From: Acidobacteriota bacterium
GTDB lineage: Bacteria > Acidobacteriota > Thermoanaerobaculia > Multivoradales > UBA5704
Direction: 5' to 3'
Assembly: GCA_040005235.1 (NCBI GenBank)
Contig: JBDTZG010000044.1
Location: forward strand, 1 to 47,187
DNA: 47,187 nt
Numbering within the stretch: position 1 is the first letter of the stretch; each line of letters starts with the position of its first letter. The notes under the pieces were generated by a model that worked only from the letters and a program-made list of their open reading frames with translations, was not told the DNA's origin and ran no database searches. Below are positions 1-10,026 of the stretch, piece after piece. The translations under genes and the position numbers were made by a program.

Positions 1-239
1 AGGCTAGTGTATCGCCGTGGGGCTTTTCCCGGGCTCGCCAGGCTCCATCCGGGCGCTTCCTTGCGGCGAAAAACAGCCAGGCTGGAGCCTGGCGCGCCCA
101 GGGCCCGCGGTCGAGACGTTTGGCTCAAGGGGAAAGAACTCTCCGCCCGCGACAACCCTTTTGGCGATGGCGATCTCACGTCACCTGCGATCAACTCGAC
201 TAAACTCAATGCCCGAGAGATACCCAAGGAGACACCCTT

Positions 240-866
240 ATGCGTCGCCCCGCCTTTCGCCTCACCCTCTTGATCACCGCTGCCCTCCTACTTGCCACTG
301 CGCCGGTTTCCGCACGCACCAAGAAATCCCCCACCGAGCCCGGCACCTATCGCGACTGGAAGGACGAGATCGACCGGGTCGAGATTCTTGAACCGTTCCG
401 GCTCGCGGATTACGACCTGGTGGTGGTCGAGCCGCTCGACGGCTCGAAGACCGACCTGCCCGACTCGGACGACAACGCCTTCGCCCCGGTCAACAGCGCC
501 TTGTCGCACGCGACGAGCCCGTATGTCGCGGGGCTGGACGAGCGGATCGGCCAACGCATCGAGGTCGTCGAGGCGAGCCGCGACGAGATCGATCCGGGGA
601 AGAGGAAACTGATCCTGCGCGGCAAGGTCGAGAAGATGGACCCGGGCTCGCAGGCCGCCCGATACTGGGTCGGGTTCGGCGCGGGGGCGGCCAAGACCGA
701 GATCTCGGGCGAGCTGTTCGACCCGGAGAGCGGCAAGGTGCTGGTCAAGTTCGACCAGGAACGCCGCTCCGCCGTGGGCGAATTCGGCGGCGACTACGAA
801 GAGCTGATGGATCGCAACCTGGAGCAGATCGGCGGCGACGTCGCGTTCCTGCTCGCGGCGTTTTAA
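240..866 (+). CDS. Secreted DUF4410-like protein
   Basis: AAGGAG RBS before ATG; N-terminal signal peptide; family-like motif 'DPGSQAARYWVGFGAG'. Confidence 0.7.
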   Translation: MRRPAFRLTLLITAALLLATAPVSARTKKSPTEPGTYRDWKDEIDRVEILEPFRLADYDLVVVEPLDGSKTDLPDSDDNAFAPVNSALSHATSPYVAGLDERIGQRIEVVEASRDEIDPGKRKLILRGKVEKMDPGSQAARYWVGFGAGAAKTEISGELFDPESGKVLVKFDQERRSAVGEFGGDYEELMDRNLEQIGGDVAFLLAAF

Positions 867-885
867 GGCCGGAGTCCACAGCCCT

Positions 886-1575
886 ATGTGCGGCCGCTAT
901 ACCTTGACGACCCCGCCCGAGCTGATCGCCGACCTGTTCGGAATCGAAGGGGTTCCCGTCTTCGCGCCGCGCTGGAACGTGGCGCCGACTCAAGAAGCAG
1001 CAGTCGTGCGCGTGCCCGGCCCGGGCGCGAAGCGCCGGCTCGATTTCCTGCGCTGGGGGCTGGTGCCCGCCTGGGCGGAAGACCCGTCCATCGGCAACCG
1101 GATGATCAACGCCCGCGCCGAGACCGCGGCCGAAAAACCTTCGTTCAAGCGGAGCCTGCAAAAACAGCGCTGCCTGGTGCTCGCCGACGGGTTTTACGAG
1201 TGGCGGAAGGACAGCAAGGTCAAGCAGCCGATCTGGACCCATCGCGCGGACGGCCGGCCGTTCGCGTTCGCCGGCCTCTGGGCGAGCTGGCGGCCGAAAG
1301 GCGCGCCGCGCGAGGAGCCGGCGCTAGAGACGTTCACCATCCTCACCACCACGCCGAACGAGCTGATGAAGCCGATCCACGACCGGATGCCGGTGATCCT
1401 GGCGCCCGAGGACTACGACCTCTGGCTCGATCCGGGGGTCGCCGACCCGGCGCAGGTGACGCCGCTGCTGCGCCCAGCACCCGAAACCGGCTTTGAAACC
1501 CGGGAGGTGTCGCGCCTGGTCAACAGCCCGGCCCACGACGCACCGGACTGCTTGGAACCGCTGGTGGCGGAGTGA
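886..1575 (+). CDS. SOS response-associated peptidase (SRAP/YedK/HMCES family, abasic-site crosslinking)
   Basis: N-terminal MCGRY (catalytic Cys2), NARAET, DGFYEW and IHDRMPVIL motifs. Confidence 0.95.
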   Translation: MCGRYTLTTPPELIADLFGIEGVPVFAPRWNVAPTQEAAVVRVPGPGAKRRLDFLRWGLVPAWAEDPSIGNRMINARAETAAEKPSFKRSLQKQRCLVLADGFYEWRKDSKVKQPIWTHRADGRPFAFAGLWASWRPKGAPREEPALETFTILTTTPNELMKPIHDRMPVILAPEDYDLWLDPGVADPAQVTPLLRPAPETGFETREVSRLVNSPAHDAPDCLEPLVAE

Positions 1576-1749
1576 TCGCCGGGTGATCCTTTGGAGACCC
1601 GGGCGGCGGCGACGGCGCCCGGACGGTCCTTCCGATCGAGCTTTTCTTTCGCCGATCTGTCTCGGTTTGCCCTTCTCGCGCAACTCTTCACCCATGAGCT
1701 TCCGTTCTTTCCCTCCCGGGGTACCCCGTCTCGTCCGGATCCAGCGTCC

Positions 1750-3048
1750 ATGCCGCGCATCCATCCCGACGAGCTGACGCTGCAAAATCTGGTCGACTCT
1801 CTGCGGTTGGCTGGACTGGACCGGGCCCTCCTGCACCTTGCCTCTTGCCCGGATTGCCAAACCCGAACGCGGGTGCTCGCCGGGGCGGATGCCGGAAACG
1901 CCCGGCCGGCCGGGCGCGTGCTCGCCTGGCCCGCGCGCCCCGACTATGCCCCGGTGCTCGGTCGCGGCTCGCACGATCTGCTGCAACGGGCGGCGGCCTT
2001 CGCGCACGAGCGGACCGATGCCGCCCTGCGCTGGAGCGAGCTGGCGCGGCTTGCTCCCGAGGCGATCGAGGCGGCGCTCGAAGAGGATTCTCGCTGCCGC
2101 TCGTGGGGCTTCGTCGAGATGCTGCTTGAAGGGAGCCGCGAACGAATGTCGCGCGACGCGACGGAGGCGGAGCGGCTCGCGCAGCTCGCCTATGCCCAGG
2201 TGGCGCGGCTCGACGCCGGCTTCTACGGCTCGGCGCGATTGAACGACCTCGCCGCCCGTTGCCTCGGCCAGATCGCCAATTCCCGGCACGAAGGCCGCGA
2301 TCTGCCTGCCGCGGAGCGCGCCTTTGCCGACGCCGAGGCACTCCTGCGGTCCGGCACCCGCGATCCCCTCGAACGCGCCGAGCTGTGGAGCCTACGGGCG
2401 GCCCTCCATCGGCTGCAGGGCCGAATCCAGGAGGCCGAGCACCTGCTCCAGCGCGCGTTCGACATCTTCCGCACGGCGGGCGAACCGCACCGGGCGGGCC
2501 GCAGTCAGGTGGGGCTCGCCGACCTCGCGCACCTCGCGGGGGACGGCAAGCGCGCGATCGAGCGCCTGCGCAATGCTCTGCCAATGATCGATCCAGCGCA
2601 GGAACCCGGGTTGGAGCTGATCGCCCGCCACAACCTGATCTCGTTTCTTGCCGAAGCCGGTCTCTTTCTCGCCGGCCGCCGGCTGCTCGCGGAATCACGC
2701 GCGGTCTACCGGCGCTTTACCGCGCCCCGAGTGCAATGGCGACGGGCCTGGGTGGAAGGACGGATCGCCGGGGGCCTGGGCCAGCTCGCGACCGCCGAGC
2801 GGGCCTTCCGGATCGCCCGCGAAGGTCTAGGACGGGAGGGACTCGCCCGCGACGCCGCGCAGGTCGCGCTGGAGCTTGCCAACGTCCTGCTGCGCCAACA
2901 ACGAGGCCGGGAGGCGGGCGAGATCGCGGAGGCCGCCGACGCGCACCTGCGGGAGACGGCCGAAGGAGACGGAGCTCGCCCTCTCGCGCCGAGCCCCGAC
3001 TTTCCTTTCCTCGGACCGGGCCGCAGCCTGTTTGCGGGTATCGGCTGA
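1750..3048 (+). CDS. TPR/helical-repeat protein with N-terminal zinc-finger (ZAS-like HxxxCxxC)
   Basis: HLASCPDC near the N-terminus, then Ala/Leu/Arg-rich TPR-like repeats; start at ATG 1750 is uncertain (ORF is open from 1591). Confidence 0.7.
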   Translation: MPRIHPDELTLQNLVDSLRLAGLDRALLHLASCPDCQTRTRVLAGADAGNARPAGRVLAWPARPDYAPVLGRGSHDLLQRAAAFAHERTDAALRWSELARLAPEAIEAALEEDSRCRSWGFVEMLLEGSRERMSRDATEAERLAQLAYAQVARLDAGFYGSARLNDLAARCLGQIANSRHEGRDLPAAERAFADAEALLRSGTRDPLERAELWSLRAALHRLQGRIQEAEHLLQRAFDIFRTAGEPHRAGRSQVGLADLAHLAGDGKRAIERLRNALPMIDPAQEPGLELIARHNLISFLAEAGLFLAGRRLLAESRAVYRRFTAPRVQWRRAWVEGRIAGGLGQLATAERAFRIAREGLGREGLARDAAQVALELANVLLRQQRGREAGEIAEAADAHLRETAEGDGARPLAPSPDFPFLGPGRSLFAGIG

Positions 3049-3076
3049 GGGCCACGCTCCCAGGAAAGGCAGACCC

Positions 3077-3628
3077 CTACTCCCCGAAGTCCAACCTACC
3101 CGGCAGCGCCCCTTCCAGCTCGAGCAACCTCTGCTTCATGGGCAGGCCGCCCGCGTAGCCGGTGAGCATGCCGTTCGCGCCGATCACCCGGTGGCAGGGG
3201 ATCACGACCCCGATCGGGTTGTCGTGGTTCGCCATGCCGACCGCGCGCGCCCCGCCGGGAACCCCCAGCGTCCGGGCGATCTCGCCGTAGGTGGCGGTGG
3301 CTCCGAACGGGATGCGCAGCAGCTGGGCCCAGACCGAGCGCTGGAAGTCGGTGCCGCCGGTGCCGGGGGAGAGCACGCCGAGCGGCAGGTCGAATTCGCG
3401 CCTTTTGCCCGCCAGGTACTCGTCGAGCTGTTTCTGGGTTTCCGGCAGCGGGGGTGCGTTCGGATCGTCCGTCGCGTCGGCCCAACGGCGGGCCCGGGCG
3501 TTTTCGCAGTCCTCTCGCGAAACCCGGTTTTCGAGGCAGATCAGCTCGCCATTGCGCGCCACCGCGAGCAACCAGCCGAGCGCGCTGGGAAAGATCGAGA
3601 AGGAGGTTGAGCCGGCCAATTCGCCCAC
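3077..3628 (-). CDS. ogt: Methylated-DNA--protein-cysteine S-methyltransferase
   Basis: Active-site IPCHRV, TYGEIA and RAVGMA motifs; starts 12 nt after the lexA stop. Confidence 0.93.
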   Translation of the reverse strand: MGELAGSTSFSIFPSALGWLLAVARNGELICLENRVSREDCENARARRWADATDDPNAPPLPETQKQLDEYLAGKRREFDLPLGVLSPGTGGTDFQRSVWAQLLRIPFGATATYGEIARTLGVPGGARAVGMANHDNPIGVVIPCHRVIGANGMLTGYAGGLPMKQRLLELEGALPGRLDFGE

Positions 3629-3640
3629 CGAGTTTCTCTA

Positions 3641-4282
3641 CTAGAACCGCCGCATCAGGCCGACCACGATGCCGCGCACTCGGACGTCCGCGGCCGGGAC
3701 CCGAATCGGCGCCATGGTCGGATGGGCCGGTTGCAGGCGGACCATCTCGCCTTCCGGGTAGAAGCGCTTGAGCGTCGCCTCGTCGTGGATCAGGGCGACC
3801 ACCATCTCCCCCGGCTCGGCGCGCTCGCGCCGCTGGACGACGACGAAGTCGCCATCGTGGATTCCCTCTTCGATCATCGACTCACCGACCACCCGCAGGA
3901 CGTAATGGTCGTTCGGCCGGGCATTCACCAGGAAGGTCGGCACCCCCATCTTGTCGGCCTTGCGCTCGTCTTCCACCGCTTCGAGCGGCCGGCCGGCGGC
4001 GATGTTGCCGAAGAACGCGACCATCGGCTCGGGCTGGCCGAAATCCGTTCCGGGGATCGCCCGGATCAGTTCGATGCCCCGCTTCTGGTTCCAGTCGCGG
4101 TGCAGGAAGCCTTTCTGCTGCAACAGCTTCAAGTGCTTGTACACGGTGCCGTACGAGCGGTAACCGAAACGCTCGCAGATCTCGCGATGGGTCGGCGAGA
4201 TCCCGTGCTTGCCTTGGAATTCCTGGAGGAAGTCGAGGATCTTCTTCTGGTTCTCGGTGAGGTACGCCGGACTCGTAGTCAT
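3641..4282 (-). CDS. lexA: LexA repressor
   Basis: N-terminal wHTH (SPTHREI...VYKHL), Ala-Gly cleavage site (IAAG), catalytic Ser (GESM) and Lys (ATLKR). Confidence 0.95.
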   Translation of the reverse strand: MTTSPAYLTENQKKILDFLQEFQGKHGISPTHREICERFGYRSYGTVYKHLKLLQQKGFLHRDWNQKRGIELIRAIPGTDFGQPEPMVAFFGNIAAGRPLEAVEDERKADKMGVPTFLVNARPNDHYVLRVVGESMIEEGIHDGDFVVVQRRERAEPGEMVVALIHDEATLKRFYPEGEMVRLQPAHPTMAPIRVPAADVRVRGIVVGLMRRF

Positions 4283-4288
4283 GGGAGA

Positions 4289-4318
4289 AGGCTAGCGCAA
4301 ACAAGGCGGAAGGCGCAA
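4289..4318 (-). promoter_or_regulatory. Putative sigma70 promoter of lexA, likely giving a leaderless mRNA
   Basis: Minus strand reads TTGCGC-N18-TAGCCT-N6-ATG, with no SD sequence. Confidence 0.5.
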
Positions 4319-4442
4319 GAGTGCGGCGGAACGGGACCTTACTCGCCTCCTCGCTCCTTCGGGCGCCTTCGGCGGCAGCCGGTCGCTGCGGGGCCAGCAA
4401 AGTCTCGTCCCGCCGGGGTGTAAAGAACCCTTTGCACCTTCC

Positions 4443-4472
4443 TTGACACCTCCGCGACGCCGCTCCTACACT
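4443..4472 (+). promoter_or_regulatory. Sigma70 promoter of the M16 peptidase operon
   Basis: TTGACA (4443-4448)-N18-TACACT (4467-4472). Confidence 0.65.
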
Positions 4473-4544
4473 CCGAGCCGTCTACCTCGAATCCGGGGCG
4501 CCCGCATCGCGGCCGATCCGCCGTTCGCTCCGAAAACCCATACC

Positions 4545-5837
4545 ATGACCGCCACGCCCGAGCTCAGCTTCGAAAGCCATACCTTGCCCAACGGCCTTCG
4601 GGTCGTTCTCCACTCCGACCGGTCGCTGCCTCTGGTGACGGTCAACCTCTGGTATCACGTGGGCTCGAAGAACGAGCAGCCGGGGCGCACCGGATTGGCC
4701 CATCTGTTCGAGCACATGCTGTTCCAAGGCAGCGCCCACGTGCCGACCAACGGCCATTTCCGCTACGTCCAGCAGGTAGGCGGTGTGGCGAACGGCTCGA
4801 CATCCCACGACCGGACGAACTATTACGAGACGCTGCCGTCGGCCCACCTCGACCTCGGCCTGTGGCTCGAATCCGACCGTATGGGGTTCCTGCTTCCCGC
4901 CCTCACCCAGGAAAACCTCGACACCCAGCGCGACGTGGTGGTCAACGAGCGGCGCCAGCGGATCGAAAATCAGCCCTACGGCCAAGCGAGCGAGCGCCTT
5001 TACGCCTTGCTCTACCCGGAGGGCCACCCCTATCGCTGGCCGGTGATCGGCACGCTCGAAGACATCGTCGGCGCGACGATCGACCAGGTGCGCGCCTTTT
5101 TCCGCACCTATTACGCGCCGAACAACGCGGTGCTGACGATCGCGGGCGACTTCGAGCCGGCCGAGGCGTTGGAGCGGGCCGAAGCCTGGTTCGGCGAGAT
5201 CCCGCGCGGCGAGGCAATCCCGCCGGTGGTCCTGCCGAGCTATCCGAACGGCCGCCCGGAGCGCCCCGAGGAGGAACGGCGCGACGTGTTCGCCGACGCC
5301 GTCCTGATGCCGCGGATCTACATCGCCTACGCCACCCCGCCCTACGGCAGCCGCGAATGGTACGTCGCGGATCTTCTGTCGTCGCTTCTGACCGGCGGCA
5401 AATCGAGCCTGCTCTACAGCGATCTGATCTACGACCGGCAGATCGCCCAGGAGGCCGGCGCCTGGGTCCACCTCGGCGAGGCCGCCGGGACGTTCACTCT
5501 CGTCGCGACCGCGCGGCCGGGAGTCGCTGCGGAGGAGATCGAAGCTCGGCTCGGAGGACATCTGGAGCAGATCGCCGCCGGCCGGATCGACGCCCAGGCG
5601 CTCGAACGGGCGCGCAAACGGGCGCTCACCGATTATTTCGGCAATCTGCAGCGGCTCGACATGCGGGCCGACCTGCTGGCCCGACTGACGACGTATTTCG
5701 GCGATCCCGGCGGCGTCGCCCGCGAGTCCGAGGCCTACAGCACCATCTCCGCCGAGGAGATCTCCCACTTCGTCGCGACCTGGTGCCGGCCGGTGGATCG
5801 CGCGAGCCTGTGGATCGTCCCGAAGGACGCCGCATGA
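4545..5837 (+). CDS. M16B zinc peptidase, catalytic subunit
   Basis: Inverted zincin motif HLFEH, WYHVGS, NGSTSHDRTNY, downstream ERRQR. Confidence 0.93.
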   Translation: MTATPELSFESHTLPNGLRVVLHSDRSLPLVTVNLWYHVGSKNEQPGRTGLAHLFEHMLFQGSAHVPTNGHFRYVQQVGGVANGSTSHDRTNYYETLPSAHLDLGLWLESDRMGFLLPALTQENLDTQRDVVVNERRQRIENQPYGQASERLYALLYPEGHPYRWPVIGTLEDIVGATIDQVRAFFRTYYAPNNAVLTIAGDFEPAEALERAEAWFGEIPRGEAIPPVVLPSYPNGRPERPEEERRDVFADAVLMPRIYIAYATPPYGSREWYVADLLSSLLTGGKSSLLYSDLIYDRQIAQEAGAWVHLGEAAGTFTLVATARPGVAAEEIEARLGGHLEQIAAGRIDAQALERARKRALTDYFGNLQRLDMRADLLARLTTYFGDPGGVARESEAYSTISAEEISHFVATWCRPVDRASLWIVPKDAA

Positions 5838-7186
5838 GCCCGATCCGCCGCGACGACGCCCCGCCCCCCACCGCGGCGCGCGGATTCCGCTTCCCCGCCT
5901 TCCTCAACCGGCGGTGCAAAAACGGTCTGCGGATCTACGCCGCGCGGGTCCCCAAAGTACCGCTCGCGACGCTGGAGCTGGTCTTTCCTGCCGGGGGTCA
6001 TTGGGATCCCCCCGGCATGCCCGGCTTGGCGACGCTCTCCGCCTCGTTGATCGACGAAGGGACGGCGGGCAGCTCGTCGCTCGAAATCGCCCGCCGCGCC
6101 GAGGATCTCGGCGGTTATCTCGCCAGCTACGCCGAGTGGGACTACGGCGCGGTCGAGGTAGGCCTGCTCGCGAGCGAGCTCAAGCCCGCGTTCGACCTGT
6201 TGACCGAGGTGGCGACCGCGCCGATCTTTCCCGAGCGCGAGATCGATCGCCTCAAGAAACTCCGCACGACCGAGCTCGAACGCCGCCGCTTCGAGCCCGG
6301 CACGCTCGCCGACGAGTTGCTCGCCCGGGTGCTCTATCTCGGCACGCCGTACGCCGAATCGCCGCTAGGCACGATCGAGAGCGTCTCCCGGATCGGCCGC
6401 GACGAGGCGCTCGATTTCTTTTCCCGCCACTACCCGCTCGGCTCGGCGACCCTGATCGCGGTCGGCGACCTCGACCCGGAAGCGCTCGCCGCGGAGATCG
6501 AAGAGAAGCTGGGGCGGAGCCCCACCGCGCTCGCGCCGCCCGCCACCGAGATCGTGCCGACGAGCCGGACGGGCACCACGATCCACCTGATCGACCGGCC
6601 CGACGCCGCCCAGACCGAGCTGCGGCTCGGCCATGCCGCGGTCGGCCGGCGCCATCCCGACTACGTGCCGCTCCTGCTGCTCAACACGCTGCTCGGCGGC
6701 AAGTTCACCAGCCGGATCAACTTGAACCTGCGCGAGCGCCACGGCTTCACCTATGGCGCCACCACCCGGCTCGGAGGACGCCTGGGTCCGGGGCCGTTCG
6801 CGGTCTCGACCGCCGTCGCCACCGAATCGACCGGCGCCGCGGTGCGCGAGGTGCTGTTCGAGCTGGAGCGCATCCGCACCGAACAGGTTTCCGAAGACGA
6901 GATGGAAGAGACCCGGCGCTACATCATGGGGGTCTTCCCGTATTCGTCGCAGACTCTCGGCGACGTGGCGAAAAGGCTCGAAGTGCTCTCGATCTACGAT
7001 CTTCCCGACGACTATTACGACCACTACCTCGAACGGATCGCCTCCATCGATCGCGCCGAGCTGCTCAGCCTCGCCCACCGACACATCCGCCCCGAGGAGA
7101 TCGCGATCGTCGCGGTCGGCCCCGCCGAGCAGGTCGGACCCCAGCTCGCCGCGCTCGGGCCGGTCGAAGTGGTTTCGCAAGGGTAG
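5834..7186 (+). CDS. M16B peptidase, non-catalytic partner subunit
   Basis: ATGA overlap with the upstream gene; lacks HxxEH; has SRINLNLRERHGFTY (R/Y motif). Confidence 0.9.
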   Translation: MSPIRRDDAPPPTAARGFRFPAFLNRRCKNGLRIYAARVPKVPLATLELVFPAGGHWDPPGMPGLATLSASLIDEGTAGSSSLEIARRAEDLGGYLASYAEWDYGAVEVGLLASELKPAFDLLTEVATAPIFPEREIDRLKKLRTTELERRRFEPGTLADELLARVLYLGTPYAESPLGTIESVSRIGRDEALDFFSRHYPLGSATLIAVGDLDPEALAAEIEEKLGRSPTALAPPATEIVPTSRTGTTIHLIDRPDAAQTELRLGHAAVGRRHPDYVPLLLLNTLLGGKFTSRINLNLRERHGFTYGATTRLGGRLGPGPFAVSTAVATESTGAAVREVLFELERIRTEQVSEDEMEETRRYIMGVFPYSSQTLGDVAKRLEVLSIYDLPDDYYDHYLERIASIDRAELLSLAHRHIRPEEIAIVAVGPAEQVGPQLAALGPVEVVSQG

Positions 7187-7247
7187 CGCCTGCCCGTGCA
7201 GGACCGCCGGCAGGCTCAACGCATAAGAAGCAAGCAGGAGAATCGAC

Positions 7248-8255
7248 ATGGAAACCCGCAGCCTCGGCCGTACCGGCTTGAAGGTCTCGCCGCTCTGCCT
7301 GGGAGCCATGATGTTCGGCGCCTGGGGCAATACGGATCGGCAAGAGTGCATCCGCATCATCCACCGCGCGCTCGACGCCGGGATCAATTTCATCGACACG
7401 GCGAACAACTACTCGGCAGGCGAATCCGAGGAGATCGTCGGCGAAGCTCTGGCGCAACGCAAAGCGCAGCGCGACGAGATCGTGCTCGCGACGAAAGTCT
7501 GGTCGCCGATGGGACCGGGGGTCTACGATCGCGGCCTGTCGAGGAAGGCGATCCAGCAGCAGGTGGAGGCGAGCCTCCGGCGCTTGAAGGTGGAGACGAT
7601 CGACCTGTACCAGACCCACCGCCCCGATCCGACGACACCGCTCGAAGAGACCCTAAGGACGCTCACCGACTTGGTACGCCAAGGCAAAGTCCGCTACCTC
7701 GGCTGCTCGACCAACCATTACGAAGGGCCGGGACCGTGGGAAAAGCGCTTCGCCGCCTGGGAAATCGTCGAATCGCTCTGGCTCTCCGGAAAGAACGGCT
7801 TCGAGCGTTTCGTCTGCCTCCAACCTCCGTACAGCATCCTGCGCCGGACGATGGAACTCGATCATTTCCCGATGACCCAGAAGCACGGACTGGGCAACAT
7901 CGTCTGGAGTCCGCTCGAAGGGGGTTGGCTGACGGGCAAGTACCGCCGCGGTCAGGCGAACCCGGCGGACTCGGCGCGCGCGGCCAACTGGGTGGGCGAC
8001 ATCGAAAACCCGAAGTTCGACCGCCGGCTGGAGATCGTGGAAAAGCTCCTGCCGCTCGCCGAAGCCAAAGGAATTTCGCTCGCCCGGCTGGCCAACGCCT
8101 GGGCGCTCCGCAACCCGGCCGTCACCTCGATCATCGTCGGCCCGCGCACGATGGAACAGCTGGAGGACAGCCTCACCGTCCCCGACATCGAGATCACGGC
8201 CGAAGACGCGGCGGCGATCGATGCGCTGGTGCCGCCGGGGACGTCGGCGCTCTAA
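7248..8255 (+). CDS. Aldo/keto reductase
   Basis: GINFIDTANNY, LATK, IDLYQTHRPD, WSPLEGG motifs; AGGAG RBS. Confidence 0.95.
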   Translation: METRSLGRTGLKVSPLCLGAMMFGAWGNTDRQECIRIIHRALDAGINFIDTANNYSAGESEEIVGEALAQRKAQRDEIVLATKVWSPMGPGVYDRGLSRKAIQQQVEASLRRLKVETIDLYQTHRPDPTTPLEETLRTLTDLVRQGKVRYLGCSTNHYEGPGPWEKRFAAWEIVESLWLSGKNGFERFVCLQPPYSILRRTMELDHFPMTQKHGLGNIVWSPLEGGWLTGKYRRGQANPADSARAANWVGDIENPKFDRRLEIVEKLLPLAEAKGISLARLANAWALRNPAVTSIIVGPRTMEQLEDSLTVPDIEITAEDAAAIDALVPPGTSAL

Positions 8256-8277
8256 GGCAGCGTGCTATCGTTTTTCC

Positions 8278-10014
8278 ATGCTCCGGCGCATCCTTTCGAA
8301 GTCGGCCGACCAGATTCGGGCCGAAGAGCGCACCGCGCTCGACCGGCTCGCGGCGGCGCTCGGGACTTTCGACGCGGGAGCCGACGACGTCAAAACGCTC
8401 GCCGCCTCCGCCCGCCAGCTCGACGAGCTGTTCTTGCTGGTGGTCGCGGGCGAGTTCAACGCGGGCAAATCCGCGTTCATCAACGCTCTGCTCGGCGGCC
8501 GCATCCTGGAAGAGGGACCGACCCCCACCACCACGCGCATTCACGTCATTCAGTACGGACCGGAGGTTACGCGCACGGAGGTCGATGGGCTGATCGACAC
8601 GGTCGCCGCCCCGGTCGAGCTGCTGCGCGAGATTCGAATCGTCGACACGCCGGGCACCAACGCGATCCACCGGGAACATGAGGCGATCACCCGCGATTTC
8701 GTGCCCCGCTCGGACCTGGTGCTGTTCATCACCTCGGCCGATCGGCCGTTCACCGAGAGCGAGCGTGCGTTTTTAGAAGCGATCCGCGACTGGGGCAAGA
8801 AAATCGTCCTGGTGCTCAACAAGATCGACCTGCTCGAAAAGCCCGAGGATTTGGCCAAGGTTCTCGCCTTCGTCTCCGACAGCGCGCGGAAGTTGCTCGG
8901 TTTCGCCCCCGAGCTGTTCCCGCTCTCAGGGCGGCAGGCGCTGCGCGCCAAGGAATCGAACGACGAGACACTGCTTTCCACCAGCCGTTTCCCCGCGCTC
9001 GAAAAGTATCTGGTCGAAACGCTCGACGAAAAAGAACGCATTCGCCTGAAGCTCGGAAACCCTTTAGGCGTGGCCGCCCACCTGGTCGAAAAGTACCTGG
9101 GCGTGGCCGATGCGCGGACCGCCCTGCTCGCCGACGACGTGACGACCCTGGACACGCTCGAACGGCAGCTCGCGCTCTACAAAGAAGACATGGCGCGCGA
9201 GTTCCGCTTTCGGCTGGCGGATGTCGACACCGTCCTGCATGAGCTGGAAAATCGCGGCACCACCTTCTTCGATGAGCGGCTCCGCCTGGGAAAAGTCTTC
9301 GACCTGTTGAACAAAGAGAAGACGCGCAACGATTTCGTTCGCGAAGTGGTTGCCGACGTGCCGAAGGCGATCGACCGCCGGGTGCACGAGGTGATCGATT
9401 GGATGGTCTCCTCCGACCTGCGCCAGTGGCAGGCGATCCTGGAGCATCTGGCGAAGCGGAAAGTGGCCCACGCCGACAAGATCGTCGGCGACGCCGGAAT
9501 GGGTTCGTTCGAAATCGACCGCAATCGCTTGCTCGAAAGCGTCGGCCGCGCCGCGCAACGCTCGGTCGAGAGCTTCGATCACGCGGCGGAAGCGGAGCGA
9601 ATTGCCGAATCGGTCAAAGGCGCGGTCGCCAACACCGCCCTGGTCGAAGTGGGCGCTCTCGGCCTAGGCGCTCTACTGGTGCACCTCGCGGCGACCGCCG
9701 CCGCCGATTTCACCGGCATCGTGGCAGCCGGCACGGTCGCGGCCCTCGGCTTCTTCATCCTCCCCAGCCGCCGCGAAAAAGCCAAGCGCGAGCTGCGCGC
9801 GAACATCGAAACCCTGCGAGAGAAATTGATGTCTTCCCTGACCGGCCAGTTCGACCGCGAGATCGAGCGCAGCCTGCACCGGATCGACGAGGGGGTAGGG
9901 CCGTATTCGCGCTTCGTCCGGTCGGAACGCACGCATCTCGCAGGGACTCGCGAGGAGCTGGCGCAGATCGACGGCGTGCTCACGCGATTGGCGGTCGAGG
10001 TAGGCAAGCTGTAG
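8278..10014 (+). CDS. Bacterial dynamin-like GTPase
   Basis: G1 GEFNAGKS, G2 PTT, G3 DTPG, G4 NKID; helical stalk; C-terminal hydrophobic hairpin; extended -10 TGcTATCGT 6 nt before ATG. Confidence 0.88.
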   Translation: MLRRILSKSADQIRAEERTALDRLAAALGTFDAGADDVKTLAASARQLDELFLLVVAGEFNAGKSAFINALLGGRILEEGPTPTTTRIHVIQYGPEVTRTEVDGLIDTVAAPVELLREIRIVDTPGTNAIHREHEAITRDFVPRSDLVLFITSADRPFTESERAFLEAIRDWGKKIVLVLNKIDLLEKPEDLAKVLAFVSDSARKLLGFAPELFPLSGRQALRAKESNDETLLSTSRFPALEKYLVETLDEKERIRLKLGNPLGVAAHLVEKYLGVADARTALLADDVTTLDTLERQLALYKEDMAREFRFRLADVDTVLHELENRGTTFFDERLRLGKVFDLLNKEKTRNDFVREVVADVPKAIDRRVHEVIDWMVSSDLRQWQAILEHLAKRKVAHADKIVGDAGMGSFEIDRNRLLESVGRAAQRSVESFDHAAEAERIAESVKGAVANTALVEVGALGLGALLVHLAATAAADFTGIVAAGTVAALGFFILPSRREKAKRELRANIETLREKLMSSLTGQFDREIERSLHRIDEGVGPYSRFVRSERTHLAGTREELAQIDGVLTRLAVEVGKL

Positions 10015-10026
10015 CCCTACGGCTTC

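Noticed and set aside
4862-5833. N-terminal extension making a 774-aa M16 protein
   Set aside because: Overlaps the catalytic subunit in another frame; the real start is the ATGA overlap at 5834
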